Shown one piece after another: positions 1 to 10,644 of a DNA stretch of 64,000 nucleotides. Origin of the DNA: Sphingomonas sp. (GTDB lineage: Bacteria; Pseudomonadota; Alphaproteobacteria; Sphingomonadales; Sphingomonadaceae); the NCBI RefSeq assembly GCF_031361285.1, contig NZ_JANMCO010000046.1, positions 11,886 through 75,885 on the forward strand, in the 5' to 3' direction. The notes under the pieces are model-generated. The model made no database searches. It was not told the origin of the DNA and saw nothing but the letters and a program-made list of their open reading frames with translations. The translations under genes were made by a program, and so were the position numbers. The stretch's first letter is position 1. Every line of letters starts with the position of its first letter.

Positions 1-831
1 CAGCGCGGCCGTCGTAAAGCTCACCGGGCATTCGGCGACCAGCGTTGTGCCGTCGCGCCCGTAGAGCGCATGTCGCTTCATGTGGACGAAGATGTACAGG
101 TCGCCATTGGCGGCGTTGCGCACGCCCGCCTCGCCTTCGTTGGAAACGCGGATGCGGGTGCCTTCGTCGACGCCGGCAGGGATCTTTACCGAGATGCTGC
201 GCCGCTTGAGCGCCCGCCCTTCGCCGTCACAAGTGGCACAAGGGTCGGCGATCGTCTGGCCGCTGCCGCGACAGGTCGGGCAACCGCGCTCGACCACGAA
301 AAAGCCTTGCTGGGCGCGGACCTTGCCGGCGCCATTGCAGGTCGCGCAGGTTTGGGCGTGGCTTTGGCCGCTCGCCCCCCGGCCTTCGCAGCCTTCGCAC
401 CGGGCCAGCGCCTCAATCGCTATTTCGGTTTCCTTGCCGGCAAACGCGTCTTCAAGCGTCAGCTCAAGATCGTAGCGCAAATCGGCGCCGCGGGCGGCAT
501 TCTGGCTCTGCCCGCGCGGGTCCATGAATTCGCCGAAAATCGACGAGAAAATGTCGGAAAAGCCCTCGAAACCGCCGCCGCCGCCGCCAAACGGATCGCC
601 GCCGTTTTGGAATGCGGCTTTACCAAAGCGGTCATAGGCCGCGCGCTTCTGCGGATCCTTGAGGCACTCATAGGCCTCGCTGATCGCCTTGAAGCGCGCT
701 TCCTGGTCGGTGCAGCCGCCGTGGCGGTCCGGGTGGCATTCCTTGGCAAGCCGCCGGTACGCGGCTTTGATCGCCGCGTCGTCCGCGCCGCGCGCCAGTC
801 CCAACATTTCGTAATAGTCCCCGTCGACCAT
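1..831 (-). CDS. dnaJ: Chaperone DnaJ (runs off the window edge)
   Basis: Manual translation: MVDGDYYEMLG, HPD motif, G/F-rich region, CxxCxGxG zinc-finger repeats, KIPAGVDEGTRIRV; downstream of dnaK; absent from the ORF track because its stop lies outside the window. Confidence 0.97.
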   Translation of the reverse strand, partial: MVDGDYYEMLGLARGADDAAIKAAYRRLAKECHPDRHGGCTDQEARFKAISEAYECLKDPQKRAAYDRFGKAAFQNGGDPFGGGGGGFEGFSDIFSSIFGEFMDPRGQSQNAARGADLRYDLELTLEDAFAGKETEIAIEALARCEGCEGRGASGQSHAQTCATCNGAGKVRAQQGFFVVERGCPTCRGSGQTIADPCATCDGEGRALKRRSISVKIPAGVDEGTRIRVSNEGEAGVRNAANGDLYIFVHMKRHALYGRDGTTLVAECPVSFTTAAL

Positions 832-892
832 CACGGCTCCCCAGCCTGCAGTCGAAGCGCCGGCCGTTTAGGAGCCGGCGTCCCGATCAGCA

Positions 893-2830
893 TTACCCCT
901 TGGTCTCGTCGTCGACTTCGGAAAATTCGGCGTCGACGACCTCTTCGTCTCCCGCCGCCTCTGACGGCTCCGCATCGCTACCTTCAGCCGCCTCGGGCTG
1001 GGCATCAGACGCCTGTTGCTGCTCGTACATCGCCTGGCCAAGCTTCATTGCCGCCTGCGTCAGCGCGTTGGTCTTTTCGGTCATCGCTTCGGCATCACCG
1101 CTTTCAACCGCGGTCTTGGCCTCGGCGAGCGCGGTCTCGATTTCCGTCTTGATGTCGGCCGAAACCTTGTCGCCATGCTCCTTAAGCTGCCCTTCGGTCG
1201 AGTGGATCAGGCTCTCGGCCTGATTCTTGGCTTCGGCCTCGGCGCGGCGCTTTTTGTCTTCCTCGGCAAACTGCTCGGCTTCCTTGACCATCTTGTCGAT
1301 GTCGGCATCGGCCAAACCGCCCGACGCCTGGATGCGGATCTGCTGTTCCTTGCCGGTGCCCTTATCCTTGGCGCTGACGTTGACGATGCCGTTGGCATCG
1401 ATGTCGAACGTGACCTCGATCTGCGGCACGCCGCGCGGCGCCGGCGGAATGCCGACCAGGTCGAACTGGCCGAGGACCTTATTGTCCGCGGCCATTTCGC
1501 GTTCGCCCTGGAAAACGCGGATGGTGACCGCGCTCTGATTGTCGTCGGCGGTCGAAAACACCTGGCTTTTCTTGGTCGGGATGGTCGTGTTGCGGTCGAT
1601 CATCCGGGTGAACACGCCGCCCAGCGTCTCGATGCCCAGCGACAGCGGCGTCACGTCGAGCAGCAACACGTCCTTGACGTCGCCCTGCAGCACGCCGGCC
1701 TGGATCGCGGCGCCCATCGCCACGACTTCGTCGGGATTGACGCCGATATGCGGTTCCTTGCCGAAGAATTCCTTCACCACTTCGCGCACCCGCGGCATGC
1801 GGGTCTGGCCGCCGACCAGCACCGCTTCGGCGATGTCCTTGGCGGTCAGGCCAGCATCCTTGAGCGCCTTCTTGCACGGGTCGAGCGTGCGATTGATGAG
1901 GTCAGCGACAAGCTTCTCAAGATCGGCCCGGGTAATCGTCTCAACCAAATGGAGCGGCGTGGTTTGCCCGCCTTCCATGCGCGCGGTGATGAACGGCTGG
2001 TTGATCTCGGTCGAGGCGGCCGATGACAATTCGATCTTGGCTTTTTCGGCGGCTTCCTTGAGCCGCTGCAACGCCAGCCGGTCGCCGCGCAGGTCGATGC
2101 CTTCCTTGGCCTTGAACTTGTCGGCGAGAAACTCGACGATCTTAGCGTCGAAATCCTCACCACCGAGGAAGGTGTCGCCGTTGGTCGACTTCACTTCAAA
2201 CACGCCGTCGCCGATCTCGAGGATCGAGACGTCGAACGTGCCGCCACCTAGATCGTAGACCGCGATGGTTTTGCCGTCCTGCTTCTCGAGCCCGTAGGCG
2301 AGCGCGGCCGCGGTCGGCTCGTTGATGATCCGCAACACTTCGAGGCCGGCGATCTGGCCGGCGTCCTTGGTTGCCTGGCGCTGGGCGTCGTTGAAATAAG
2401 CGGGAACCGTGATCACCGCCTGGGTGACCGTCTCGCCGAGATAAGCCTCGGCGGTTTCCTTCATCTTCTGCAGGATGAATGCCGAGATCTGCGATGGCGA
2501 ATAATCCTGGCCACCGGCATGGACCCAGGCGTCGCCATTGGGGCCCTTGACGATCTTGTAGGGCACCAGCTTGGTGTCTTTCTTGGTGATCGGGTCGTCG
2601 AAGCGACGGCCGATCAGGCGCTTGACCGCAAACACGGTATTATCGGGGTTGGTGACCGCTTGGCGCTTGGCCGGCTGGCCGATCAGTCGCTCGCCGTCCT
2701 TGGTGAACGCGACCACCGACGGCGTCGTGCGCGCGCCTTCCGCATTCTCGATGACCTTGGGCTTGCCACCCTCCATCACTGCAACGCAGCTGTTGGTGGT
2801 GCCCAAGTCGATTCCGATGACCTTGGCCAT
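893..2830 (-). CDS. dnaK: Chaperone DnaK (Hsp70)
   Basis: [19 protein letters not shown] and [16 protein letters not shown] motifs. Confidence 0.99.
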   Translation of the reverse strand: MAKVIGIDLGTTNSCVAVMEGGKPKVIENAEGARTTPSVVAFTKDGERLIGQPAKRQAVTNPDNTVFAVKRLIGRRFDDPITKKDTKLVPYKIVKGPNGDAWVHAGGQDYSPSQISAFILQKMKETAEAYLGETVTQAVITVPAYFNDAQRQATKDAGQIAGLEVLRIINEPTAAALAYGLEKQDGKTIAVYDLGGGTFDVSILEIGDGVFEVKSTNGDTFLGGEDFDAKIVEFLADKFKAKEGIDLRGDRLALQRLKEAAEKAKIELSSAASTEINQPFITARMEGGQTTPLHLVETITRADLEKLVADLINRTLDPCKKALKDAGLTAKDIAEAVLVGGQTRMPRVREVVKEFFGKEPHIGVNPDEVVAMGAAIQAGVLQGDVKDVLLLDVTPLSLGIETLGGVFTRMIDRNTTIPTKKSQVFSTADDNQSAVTIRVFQGEREMAADNKVLGQFDLVGIPPAPRGVPQIEVTFDIDANGIVNVSAKDKGTGKEQQIRIQASGGLADADIDKMVKEAEQFAEEDKKRRAEAEAKNQAESLIHSTEGQLKEHGDKVSADIKTEIETALAEAKTAVESGDAEAMTEKTNALTQAAMKLGQAMYEQQQASDAQPEAAEGSDAEPSEAAGDEEVVDAEFSEVDDETKG

Positions 2831-2893
2831 AACTCTTCCCTCTTCATTGCCCCTCGGCCGCAGCCAAGCAGCCGAACTTGTGATTTCGCTGGC

Positions 2894-2922
2894 GATATAG
2901 GGGGCATTACGCCGACGACAAG
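2894..2922 (-). promoter_or_regulatory. RpoH (sigma32)-type promoter of dnaKJ
   Basis: Minus strand CTTG-N17-CCTATATC, matching the alphaproteobacterial sigma32 consensus. Confidence 0.8.
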
Positions 2923-2984
2923 GCGTGCGGACGCGGCTTCGCGCCGACGAATTCTTGATCTATTCAAGCGCCGAGGGGGTGGCG

Positions 2985-4199
2985 ATGCAGGCATTGGCGA
3001 GTGGGGAATGGCTGACGCGTGAGCGAGTGGTGCGGATCGCCACTATCTGCGGCCTCGGCACGCTCGCAATTCTCGCCTGGCTCGCGGCCTTCTCGCACGG
3101 CACGTTGGACGCGCTCGGGCGGCCGCTCGGGACCGATTTCTCCAACGTCTGGGCGGCGGGCCATTTGGCGCTCGACGGCCGCGCCGCCGACGCGTGGGTG
3201 TGGAAAGACCATTACGCGGTCCAGCGGGCGCTCCACCACAAGGCCGATGTCGATTTTTACGGCTGGCATTATCCGCCGCCGTTCCTGCTCGTCGCCGCCG
3301 TTCTCGCGTCCCTGCCCTACATCCCCGCCCTGATCCTATGGCAGTTAGCGACCCTCGCACCGTTCACTTGGTTGATAACCCGGCTGGTACCGCGGCGCGA
3401 AACCGTGCTGCTGGCCCTCGCCGCCCCGGTCACCATGATTTGCCTGACGCATGGCCACAACGGGTTCCTGACCGCCTTGCTGCTCGGCGGCGGCCTCATG
3501 CTGCTCGACCGCAAACCGGTCTTCGCCGGCCTCTTGTTCGGCTGCCTGATCTACAAGCCCCAGTTCGCGTTGATCTTGCCGCCGCTGCTGCTCGCCACTC
3601 GCAACTGGCGCGCGATCGCCGGCGCGATTCTGTCGGCCGGACTGCTAGTTGGACTCACTCTCGCGATCTGGGGCTGGCCGGTGTGGCAGGCGTTCCTCGA
3701 CAGCCTCCCGCTGACACGGCACGTCGTCATCGAGCAGGGCGCCACCGGCTGGCAAAAGATTATGAGCCCGTTCGCCGCGATCCGCATGTGGGGCGGCGGC
3801 ATTGCGATCGCTTATGCGGTACAATTGGCCGCGACACTCGCGGCAATTGCAGCGGTGGTGTGGATTTCATGGACCCGAAAGCGCCCGGAGCTACGCAGCG
3901 CGCTGGTCTGCGCCGCCGTACTGATCGCCACTCCCTATGCGCTAGACTACGACTATGTCGTGCTGCTGCCGGCACTCGCATTTCTGTGGATCGACGGCCA
4001 ACGGCACAGCGTCTTGCCATGGGACAAAAGCTTGATGGCAGTGGTGTGGATCGCGCCACTATTCGCGCGGTCGGTTGCCCAATTCACGCATGTGCCGCTC
4101 GGCCTTGCGTCGGCGATCATCGTCGCCGCCATCGCCATCCGCCGCACAATGGTCAGATCATCGCCATCCCGCCATTCACGTGCAGCGTCTGGCCGGTAA
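2985..4199 (+). CDS. Glycosyltransferase family 87 (DUF2029) membrane protein
   Basis: GTDFSNVW, WHYPPPFLL, YKPQF and PYALDYD motifs; many transmembrane segments. Confidence 0.85.
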   Translation: MQALASGEWLTRERVVRIATICGLGTLAILAWLAAFSHGTLDALGRPLGTDFSNVWAAGHLALDGRAADAWVWKDHYAVQRALHHKADVDFYGWHYPPPFLLVAAVLASLPYIPALILWQLATLAPFTWLITRLVPRRETVLLALAAPVTMICLTHGHNGFLTALLLGGGLMLLDRKPVFAGLLFGCLIYKPQFALILPPLLLATRNWRAIAGAILSAGLLVGLTLAIWGWPVWQAFLDSLPLTRHVVIEQGATGWQKIMSPFAAIRMWGGGIAIAYAVQLAATLAAIAAVVWISWTRKRPELRSALVCAAVLIATPYALDYDYVVLLPALAFLWIDGQRHSVLPWDKSLMAVVWIAPLFARSVAQFTHVPLGLASAIIVAAIAIRRTMVRSSPSRHSRAASGR

Positions 4200-4896
4200 C
4201 ATAGCCTGCCTCCCGCGACGCCAGATAGACCGCCGCGGCGCCGATATCGTCACCGCTGCCCATGGCGCCCATCGGAATTCGTGACAGGATGCTGTCGCGT
4301 TGCTGGTCGTTCAAGGCATCGGTCATCGCCGACGTCATGAAGCCGGGCGCGAGGCAATTGACGGTAATCCCGCGCGTCGCGAGTTCTTGCCCCAACGCCT
4401 TCGACAGTCCGATCAGACCCGCCTTCGCCGCGACATAATTCGCCTGGCCCGGGTTGCCCGTCACTGCGACCACGGAGGTCACCGAGATGATCCGTCCGAA
4501 GCGCGCCTTCATCATCGGCCGCGCCGCCGCGCGCATCAGCCGGAACGCGGCCTCGAGATTGACGCGCAAAACCTCGTCCCATTCCTCATCCTTCATTCGC
4601 ATCGCGAGGTTGTCGCGGGTGATGCCGGCATTGTTGACCAGGATGTCAAGCTTGCCCCCCAACGCCTCCACGGCTTGCGGCACCAGCGCATCGACCGCCG
4701 CGCCGTCCGACAAATTGCAGGGCAGCGCGACATGGTCACCGCCCAGCGACGAGCGGAATTTCTCGAGCTTGTCGACATTGCTCCCCGACACCGCCAGCCG
4801 CGCGCCTTGCCCCGCCAGGGCCTGCGCGATCGCCGACCCGAGCCCGCCACTCGCCCCCGTCACCAGCGCGGTCATTCCCGTGAGGTCGAACATCAT
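4153..4896 (-). CDS. fabG: 3-oxoacyl-ACP reductase
   Basis: TGASGGLG, NNAGITRD, GNPGQANYVAAK; coupled to fabD. Confidence 0.95.
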   Translation of the reverse strand: MMFDLTGMTALVTGASGGLGSAIAQALAGQGARLAVSGSNVDKLEKFRSSLGGDHVALPCNLSDGAAVDALVPQAVEALGGKLDILVNNAGITRDNLAMRMKDEEWDEVLRVNLEAAFRLMRAAARPMMKARFGRIISVTSVVAVTGNPGQANYVAAKAGLIGLSKALGQELATRGITVNCLAPGFMTSAMTDALNDQQRDSILSRIPMGAMGSGDDIGAAAVYLASREAGYVTGQTLHVNGGMAMI

Positions 4897-5831
4897 GCGA
4901 TCTCCTTCGCCAGAGCTTCAATGTCCGCCATCGTGACCACACTCAACACCTTCACGTCCGGCGCGGTGCGCTTGACCATGGGCCCGAGCACTTTGCCGCC
5001 CAATTCGATGAATTCGTCGATGCCAGCGTCGGCCATCGCCGCGACGCTTTCGCGCCAGCGGACCATGCCAGTTACCTGGTCGACCAATAGGCCACGGATC
5101 TTGTCCGGGTCGGTCTCGGGCGCGGCGGTGACATTGGCGTAAATCGGCACCGCCGGTTTCTCGACCACCACATAGCTCAGCGCGTCCTGCATCGCCTCGG
5201 CGGCGGGCTGCATCAACGGGCAATGGAACGGCGCCGACACCGGCAGCGGCACGGCGCGCTTGGCGCCCATCTCCTTGGCCATCTCGATCGCGCGGTCGAT
5301 CGCGCCCCTGTGCCCAGACAGCACGACCTGACCGGGGTCATTGTCGTTGGCGACGGTGCACACTTCGCCCTGTGCCGCCGCGTCGGCGATCTTTTGCGCG
5401 AGCTCGACGTCCGCGCCGAGCAGCGCCGCCATCGCGCCGACGCCGACCGGCACCGCCGCCTGCATCGCCTGGCCGCGCAGCTTGAGCAGCTTGGCGGTCG
5501 TCGCCAGGTCGAACGAACCCGCCGCGCACAGCGCCGAATATTCACCGAGACTATGCCCCGCGACGAATTGCGCTGCCTTGGCCAGATCGACATTGCCTTC
5601 ACGGGTCAGCGCCGCGAACACCGCCAGCGAGTTGGCCATGATCGCCGGCTGCGCATTCTCGGTCAGCCGCAACGCGTCGTCGGGCCCGTCGCGCATCAGC
5701 CTGAACAGATTCTGGCCGAGCGCTTCGTCGACCTGCTCGAATATGTCGCGCGCGGCGCGGCTGGCATCGGCCAGCGCGACCCCCATGCCAACCGCCTGGC
5801 TACCCTGCCCCGGAAAAAGGAATGCCCGCAT
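4893..5831 (-). CDS. fabD: Malonyl-CoA:ACP transacylase
   Basis: MRAFLFPGQGSQ, GHSLGEY, LPVSAPFH. Confidence 0.97.
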   Translation of the reverse strand: MRAFLFPGQGSQAVGMGVALADASRAARDIFEQVDEALGQNLFRLMRDGPDDALRLTENAQPAIMANSLAVFAALTREGNVDLAKAAQFVAGHSLGEYSALCAAGSFDLATTAKLLKLRGQAMQAAVPVGVGAMAALLGADVELAQKIADAAAQGEVCTVANDNDPGQVVLSGHRGAIDRAIEMAKEMGAKRAVPLPVSAPFHCPLMQPAAEAMQDALSYVVVEKPAVPIYANVTAAPETDPDKIRGLLVDQVTGMVRWRESVAAMADAGIDEFIELGGKVLGPMVKRTAPDVKVLSVVTMADIEALAKEIA

Positions 5832-5913
5832 TGTGTTTCCCGCCGATCTGTTCTTTCTGGCCGCGGGCGGACTAAGCGGTGAACGGCGGGATGCCAAGCC
5901 TGAGGGGGCATGT

Positions 5914-7236
5914 GTGACCAAACAAGTCGATGGCACCCAGGTCGAACGATCGCAGATGATGGGCCCGTGGCTAACCACGGCATTGGTGGTCGGCGCGATG
6001 ATCGGGTCGGGCATCTTCATGCTTCCGGTGTCGCTCGCGCCACTCGGCGCGAATGCGCTAATCGGCTGGCTGCTGAGCATCGCCGGGGCGCTGTCGATCG
6101 CCTTTGCTTTTGCGCGGCTGTCGCGGGCTGGCGGCGGCGGGATCCAGTCCTACGTCGAGCAGGCGTTCAGTCCTTTAATTGCCTACCTCAGTACCTGGGC
6201 GTTCTGGTTTTCCAATTGGACCGGGAACGCCGCGCTAGCGATCGCGTTCGGCGCGGCGACGTCGCGGATCAGCCCGATGTTCGGCAACGAAACCGTCGTT
6301 ATCCTGGCAATTGGGTCGATCGCGTTTTTGACCGCCGTCAACGCCATGGGCGTGCGGGTATCGGGCGGGCTCAACATGGCGACGATCGCGATCAAGCTCA
6401 TTCCGTTGGTCGGAGTCACGGTGCTCCTTGGACTGCGCGGAATTTCAGGCGCTCCGTTCGAGCCGCTTGCTCCTGCCCCTTTGACCATCACCAACATCGC
6501 CACCGCCACCACGCTGACCCTGTTTGCAATGCTCGGGTTCGAAAATGCGACCACACCGGTGGGCAAGGTCCGCGATCCTGAACGCACCTTGCCCCGAGCC
6601 TTGCTCGGAGGGACGGTGCTGGTCGGATCAATCTACCTCCTGTCGAGCAGCGGGGTGACCTTCCTGCTTCCGGCCGGCGAGGTCGCCGCGTCACCAGCCC
6701 CTTACGCCGACGTCTTCGCGGCTTATGGCGGCGAGTCGATCGTTATCCTCGCGGCCTTCGCAATCGCGGTCAGCGCGTTCGGGACGTTGAACTGCCTGAT
6801 CCTGGCTACCGGTGAACTCGGCTATGCGATGGCCCTGCGGCGCCAGCTTCCCGCGGTCCTTGCCCGGACTCAGGGCGCCAACACGCCGGTCGCCTCGCAA
6901 ATCGCCGGTTCGGCACTGGCAATCCTGCTGGTATTGTCAAACAGCAGCCGGACGACCGCTGGACTATTTACTTTCATTATCTTGCTGTCGACGTCGGGAA
7001 TCCTGGTGGTGTATTTGGCAGGAACGCTAGCGGCTCTTCGCAAGGGTGGGTCGGTGGGCACCCGGATGATCCTCTGGCTGGCCTTGCTGTTCATCGCCTT
7101 CGCTTTTTACGGATCGGGCGCCGAGGCCGACGCCTGGTGCCTGGCCCTGCTGGCGCTCGGCCTCGCCAATTACCTCATCATGCACCGGCTCAGTTCGCGC
7201 GGTGCCACCCCGGCGGCGGCGACCGCTCAAGTCTAG
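5914..7236 (+). CDS. APC family amino acid permease
   Basis: GAMIGSGIF and LGFEN motifs, about 12 TM segments; GTG start after GAGGGG. Confidence 0.88.
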   Translation: MTKQVDGTQVERSQMMGPWLTTALVVGAMIGSGIFMLPVSLAPLGANALIGWLLSIAGALSIAFAFARLSRAGGGGIQSYVEQAFSPLIAYLSTWAFWFSNWTGNAALAIAFGAATSRISPMFGNETVVILAIGSIAFLTAVNAMGVRVSGGLNMATIAIKLIPLVGVTVLLGLRGISGAPFEPLAPAPLTITNIATATTLTLFAMLGFENATTPVGKVRDPERTLPRALLGGTVLVGSIYLLSSSGVTFLLPAGEVAASPAPYADVFAAYGGESIVILAAFAIAVSAFGTLNCLILATGELGYAMALRRQLPAVLARTQGANTPVASQIAGSALAILLVLSNSSRTTAGLFTFIILLSTSGILVVYLAGTLAALRKGGSVGTRMILWLALLFIAFAFYGSGAEADAWCLALLALGLANYLIMHRLSSRGATPAAATAQV

Positions 7237-8359
7237 CTTCCGGAATCAGCCGCCGCAGCTTCTGCGCGAAGCTTCGCAGGCACACTTCGCTCGTTCCCAG
7301 CGGTCCGGCGATGTAGCTCGGCGATTGCATACCCGCCTGCACCCGGCTGATCAGCTCGGTGTCCTCGGCATTGACCCGCCGGTTGATCCGCCAGTTGAGG
7401 TACCGGGTCGCCCGCATCTCGCGCCGCTCATCGGGCAGCGCGTAACTGATCTCGCGGATCACCGTCTCGGTCGCGCTGACCGGCAAGAACTGCATGAAGT
7501 CGACCTGGTCGGGGTAGATGTCGAACGCGACGTTGGGGAACAGCTTGTAATAGACCCACTTGCGGCGGTGCGACGGCGGCAGGTGCGTCGCCTCGGGCAA
7601 ATAATGCTGATAGGCGCGCTCGGACGGATTACTCGACGGTTTGTCGACCAGCTCGCCCTCCATGCGGTCGACATGCTCGCGCGCTTCAATTTTGTAGTTT
7701 CGCCCGAATAATCTTGACAGCCCCGGATGGCCGATCGGGATGTGCAGTCCATCCGAATAATTATCGGCAATGGTCTTCCAGTTGAGACTGCGCGGCCGAT
7801 TGGTCACCCGTCCGATCGCGCGCAAATCCTCGAAGCGATACGGCGCCACCTCATCCTCATACGGCGCCATCATCTCGGCCACGCTCGGCGCGCCCGGCTC
7901 GAGCGTCGCGAACAGGAACCCGTGCCATGGCTCCAGCGCAACCGGCACCAAGCCCAATTTATCGGTCTCGAGCCCCGGATATTCGTTGCGATGGGGGACC
8001 CCGACCAGCCGCCCGTCACGAGCATAGCTCCACGCATGATAAGGGCAGGTCAGCACCTTGGCGCAGCCGCCAGTGCCGTCGACCAACCGCGATCCGCGAT
8101 GCCGGCAGACGTTGGCGAACGCCCGCGCCTCGCCATCGTCCCCGCGCATGACGATTACGCTCTCGCCGAGATAGTCGAGGGCCTGCCAGTCGCCCGCCTG
8201 GGGGATGTCGCTCTGGTGGCACACGACCTGCGGCGCCGCCCGCAGGAACGCCCGTCTCTCCGCCGCGAAGAACTCCGCGTCGTGATACAGCCACCCCGGC
8301 AAGCTCATCCCGTCGAGCGGTTCGGGCTTGCAAGCCACGGATTTCAAATGCGTCGCCAT
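7190..8359 (-). CDS. Rieske non-heme iron oxygenase alpha subunit (choline/betaine oxygenase-like group)
   Basis: CRHRG...CPYHAW Rieske motif; NWKTIADNYSDGLHIPIGH iron site. Confidence 0.9.
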   Translation of the reverse strand: MATHLKSVACKPEPLDGMSLPGWLYHDAEFFAAERRAFLRAAPQVVCHQSDIPQAGDWQALDYLGESVIVMRGDDGEARAFANVCRHRGSRLVDGTGGCAKVLTCPYHAWSYARDGRLVGVPHRNEYPGLETDKLGLVPVALEPWHGFLFATLEPGAPSVAEMMAPYEDEVAPYRFEDLRAIGRVTNRPRSLNWKTIADNYSDGLHIPIGHPGLSRLFGRNYKIEAREHVDRMEGELVDKPSSNPSERAYQHYLPEATHLPPSHRRKWVYYKLFPNVAFDIYPDQVDFMQFLPVSATETVIREISYALPDERREMRATRYLNWRINRRVNAEDTELISRVQAGMQSPSYIAGPLGTSEVCLRSFAQKLRRLIPEARLERSPPPGWHRAN

Positions 8360-8510
8360 CCCTCAAGACTTGCCATTTTGGCGTGGCTGCGGCAATGGGC
8401 GGCGCATCGGGGTGTCGGCCTTGCCGCCGCCCCGTTGCTTTTGAGACGACAGCCGGAGGGGCGTCCGCACGGTGCGGCGTCAGCAATCGGCCAACGAAGA
8501 GACAATGAAC

Positions 8511-8969
8511 ATGGCTCTATACGAGCATGTTTTCCTCGCACGTCAGGACCTCGCCCAGGCCCAGGTCGATGCGCTAGCGGAAAACGCCACCAAGATTTTG
8601 ACCGACAATGGCGGCACGGTCGTCAAGACCGAAACCTGGGGCCTGCGCAGCCTCGCCTATCGCATCGCCAAGAACCGCAAGGCGCATTATGTCATGCTCG
8701 ACGTCGACGCGCCCCCGGCCGCGGTCGCCGAGCTCGAGCGCCAGACCAACATCAACGAGGACGTCATCCGCTTCCTCACCATCCGCGTCGACGAGCACGA
8801 GACAGGCCCGTCGGCGATGATGCGGCGGTCCGAGCGCAGCGACCGTGACGGCCGTGGTGGCGACCGCGGCGACCGCGGGCCCCGCGGCGGCGATCGCGAC
8901 CGTGGCGACCGCCCCGACCGCGGCGACCGCCCGAGCTATCGTCCTCGCGACGAAGAGATGGGAGTTTAA
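8511..8969 (+). CDS. rpsF: 30S ribosomal protein S6
   Basis: [24 protein letters not shown]; R/G/D-rich tail. Confidence 0.97.
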   Translation: MALYEHVFLARQDLAQAQVDALAENATKILTDNGGTVVKTETWGLRSLAYRIAKNRKAHYVMLDVDAPPAAVAELERQTNINEDVIRFLTIRVDEHETGPSAMMRRSERSDRDGRGGDRGDRGPRGGDRDRGDRPDRGDRPSYRPRDEEMGV

Positions 8970-8972
8970 CCG

Positions 8973-9197
8973 ATGGCCCGTGCATTTTTCCGCCGCCGCA
9001 AGAGCTGCCCCTTCTCGGGCAAGGACGCGCCAACGATCGATTATAAGGACGTCCGCTTGCTCCAGGGGTTCATATCCGAGCGCGGCAAGATCGTCCCGTC
9101 GCGGATTACCGCGGTGTCCACCAAAAAGCAGCGCGAGCTGGCCAAGGCGATCAAGCGCTCACGCCACCTCGGCTTGCTCCCCTACCTCGTGAAATAA
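8973..9197 (+). CDS. rpsR: 30S ribosomal protein S18
   Basis: [25 protein letters not shown]. Confidence 0.98.
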   Translation: MARAFFRRRKSCPFSGKDAPTIDYKDVRLLQGFISERGKIVPSRITAVSTKKQRELAKAIKRSRHLGLLPYLVK

Positions 9198-9209
9198 GGA
9201 GCCGGGCAC

Positions 9210-9902
9210 ATGGAAATCATCCTGCTCGAGCGGGTCGAGAAACTGGGCGCGATCGGTGACGTCGTCACCGTCAAGAACGGTTTCGCGCGCAATTATCTGC
9301 TGCCTAACAAGAAGGCGCTGCGAGCCAACGAAACCAACCGCAAGCTGTTCGAAGTCAACCGCCACAAGATCGAAGCCGACAATGCCGACAAGCGCGCCGA
9401 GGCCGAAAAGGCGTCAAAGGGCGTCGAAGGCAAAACCGTCCAGCTGATCCGCCAGGCGTCCAACGTCGGCCATCTGTACGGCTCGGTCAGCGCCCGCGAC
9501 ATCGTCGATGCGCTCGAAGCCGATGGCGCGCATGTGACCAAGAGCCAGATCGTGCTCGACCGCCCGATCAAGGCGATCGGCATGCACGACGTCAGAGTCG
9601 CGCTGCACCCCGAAGTCGCGGTGACGATCAAGGTCAATGTCGCCCGCTCGCCCGAGGAAGCCGATTTGCAGGCCCAGGGCATCGACGTGATGGCGCAAAT
9701 GTTCGAGCGCGACGCCGCACCCGCGCCGGAAGAGCTCAATCCCGCCGTTGACGCGGATGCCGCGGAAGACGCCGTTGCCGAGACCGCCGATGAGGCGGTT
9801 GCGGAAACCGCGGACGCTCCTGAGGGTGAAGCCACTGCGGAAGCCCCCGCCGCCGAAGCATCGGACGAACCGCCCGCCACGGATGACGGCGAGCAAGCCT
9901 AA
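9210..9902 (+). CDS. rplI: 50S ribosomal protein L9 with acidic tail
   Basis: LGAIGDVVTVKNGFARNYLLP, LYGSVS. Confidence 0.98.
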   Translation: MEIILLERVEKLGAIGDVVTVKNGFARNYLLPNKKALRANETNRKLFEVNRHKIEADNADKRAEAEKASKGVEGKTVQLIRQASNVGHLYGSVSARDIVDALEADGAHVTKSQIVLDRPIKAIGMHDVRVALHPEVAVTIKVNVARSPEEADLQAQGIDVMAQMFERDAAPAPEELNPAVDADAAEDAVAETADEAVAETADAPEGEATAEAPAAEASDEPPATDDGEQA

Positions 9903-9923
9903 GTCCGTCTCGCGATTGCTAAT

Positions 9924-9958
9924 ACGCCGCGCTCCCCCGGGGGCGCGGCGTTTTTGTT
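9924..9958 (+). terminator. Intrinsic terminator after rplI
   Basis: GC hairpin ACGCCGCGCTCCC/GGGGCGCGGCGT followed by a T-run. Confidence 0.8.
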
Positions 9959-10607
9959 ACGCCGGTTCGCGCGCCAGGAACGCGGTTTCCCGCTCGATCC
10001 ATGGTGCAAAACTGGGCCGCGCCAGGATCCGTTCGACATAAGCGCGGGTGCGTCCGTGCCGCGCGCGGTCGATTTCGCAATTGAGATGCCCCAGATTGGC
10101 GAACGGGCTGGCCACCGCGATATCGGCCAAGGTCAGGCGGTCGCCAACCAGATAGCCATCGCCGTCCGGCACCACCGTCTCAAGATAATCGAGGATCGGC
10201 GGCAGTTCCTCGCGCTCGGCGGTCGCGGCAGCGGCTTCGTCGCCCGGTCGATTGAGGAAACGCGGCGCAACCACCCGGTTGAAGAACATCTTGGCCCCGC
10301 AAGCAGCAATGATTGTATCGCCGAACTCGTCGAACCAAATGGTGCGCCCGCGCAGTTTAGGTTCGGCGGGGATCAGCGCCGGCTCGGGGTGCTTGGCCTC
10401 GAGATAATGGACGATCGCACTCGAATCGGCGAGGTGAAAATCACCGTCGGAGAATGCCGGCATCTTGCCGAACGGACTCGCTGCCCGAAAGTCCGGATTG
10501 GGATCGCCCGGCCCGACCGGCACGACTTTAAGGTCGATGCCCTTTTCGGCCGCGAAAGCTAGCACTTTGCGAACGAACGGCGAGAGCGATGAACCGTAGA
10601 GAATCAT
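9957..10607 (-). CDS. Glutathione S-transferase
   Basis: SPFVRKV, SPFGKMPA, LADSSAIVHYLE, LTLADIA. Confidence 0.92.
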   Translation of the reverse strand: MILYGSSLSPFVRKVLAFAAEKGIDLKVVPVGPGDPNPDFRAASPFGKMPAFSDGDFHLADSSAIVHYLEAKHPEPALIPAEPKLRGRTIWFDEFGDTIIAACGAKMFFNRVVAPRFLNRPGDEAAAATAEREELPPILDYLETVVPDGDGYLVGDRLTLADIAVASPFANLGHLNCEIDRARHGRTRAYVERILARPSFAPWIERETAFLAREPA

Positions 10608-10644
10608 GATCAAATGCCTCCGGTAGGGCCGACAAGGCCTCGCC

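Noticed and set aside
70-2258. Long + strand ORFs antisense to dnaJ/dnaK
   Set aside because: Shadow ORFs caused by high-GC codon bias; antisense ORFs on hsp70 genes are a well-known artefact. The same applies to the many long antisense ORFs across the window.
8830-8950. GACCG-rich repeats at the end of rpsF
   Set aside because: They encode the R/G/D low-complexity tail usual in alphaproteobacterial S6.
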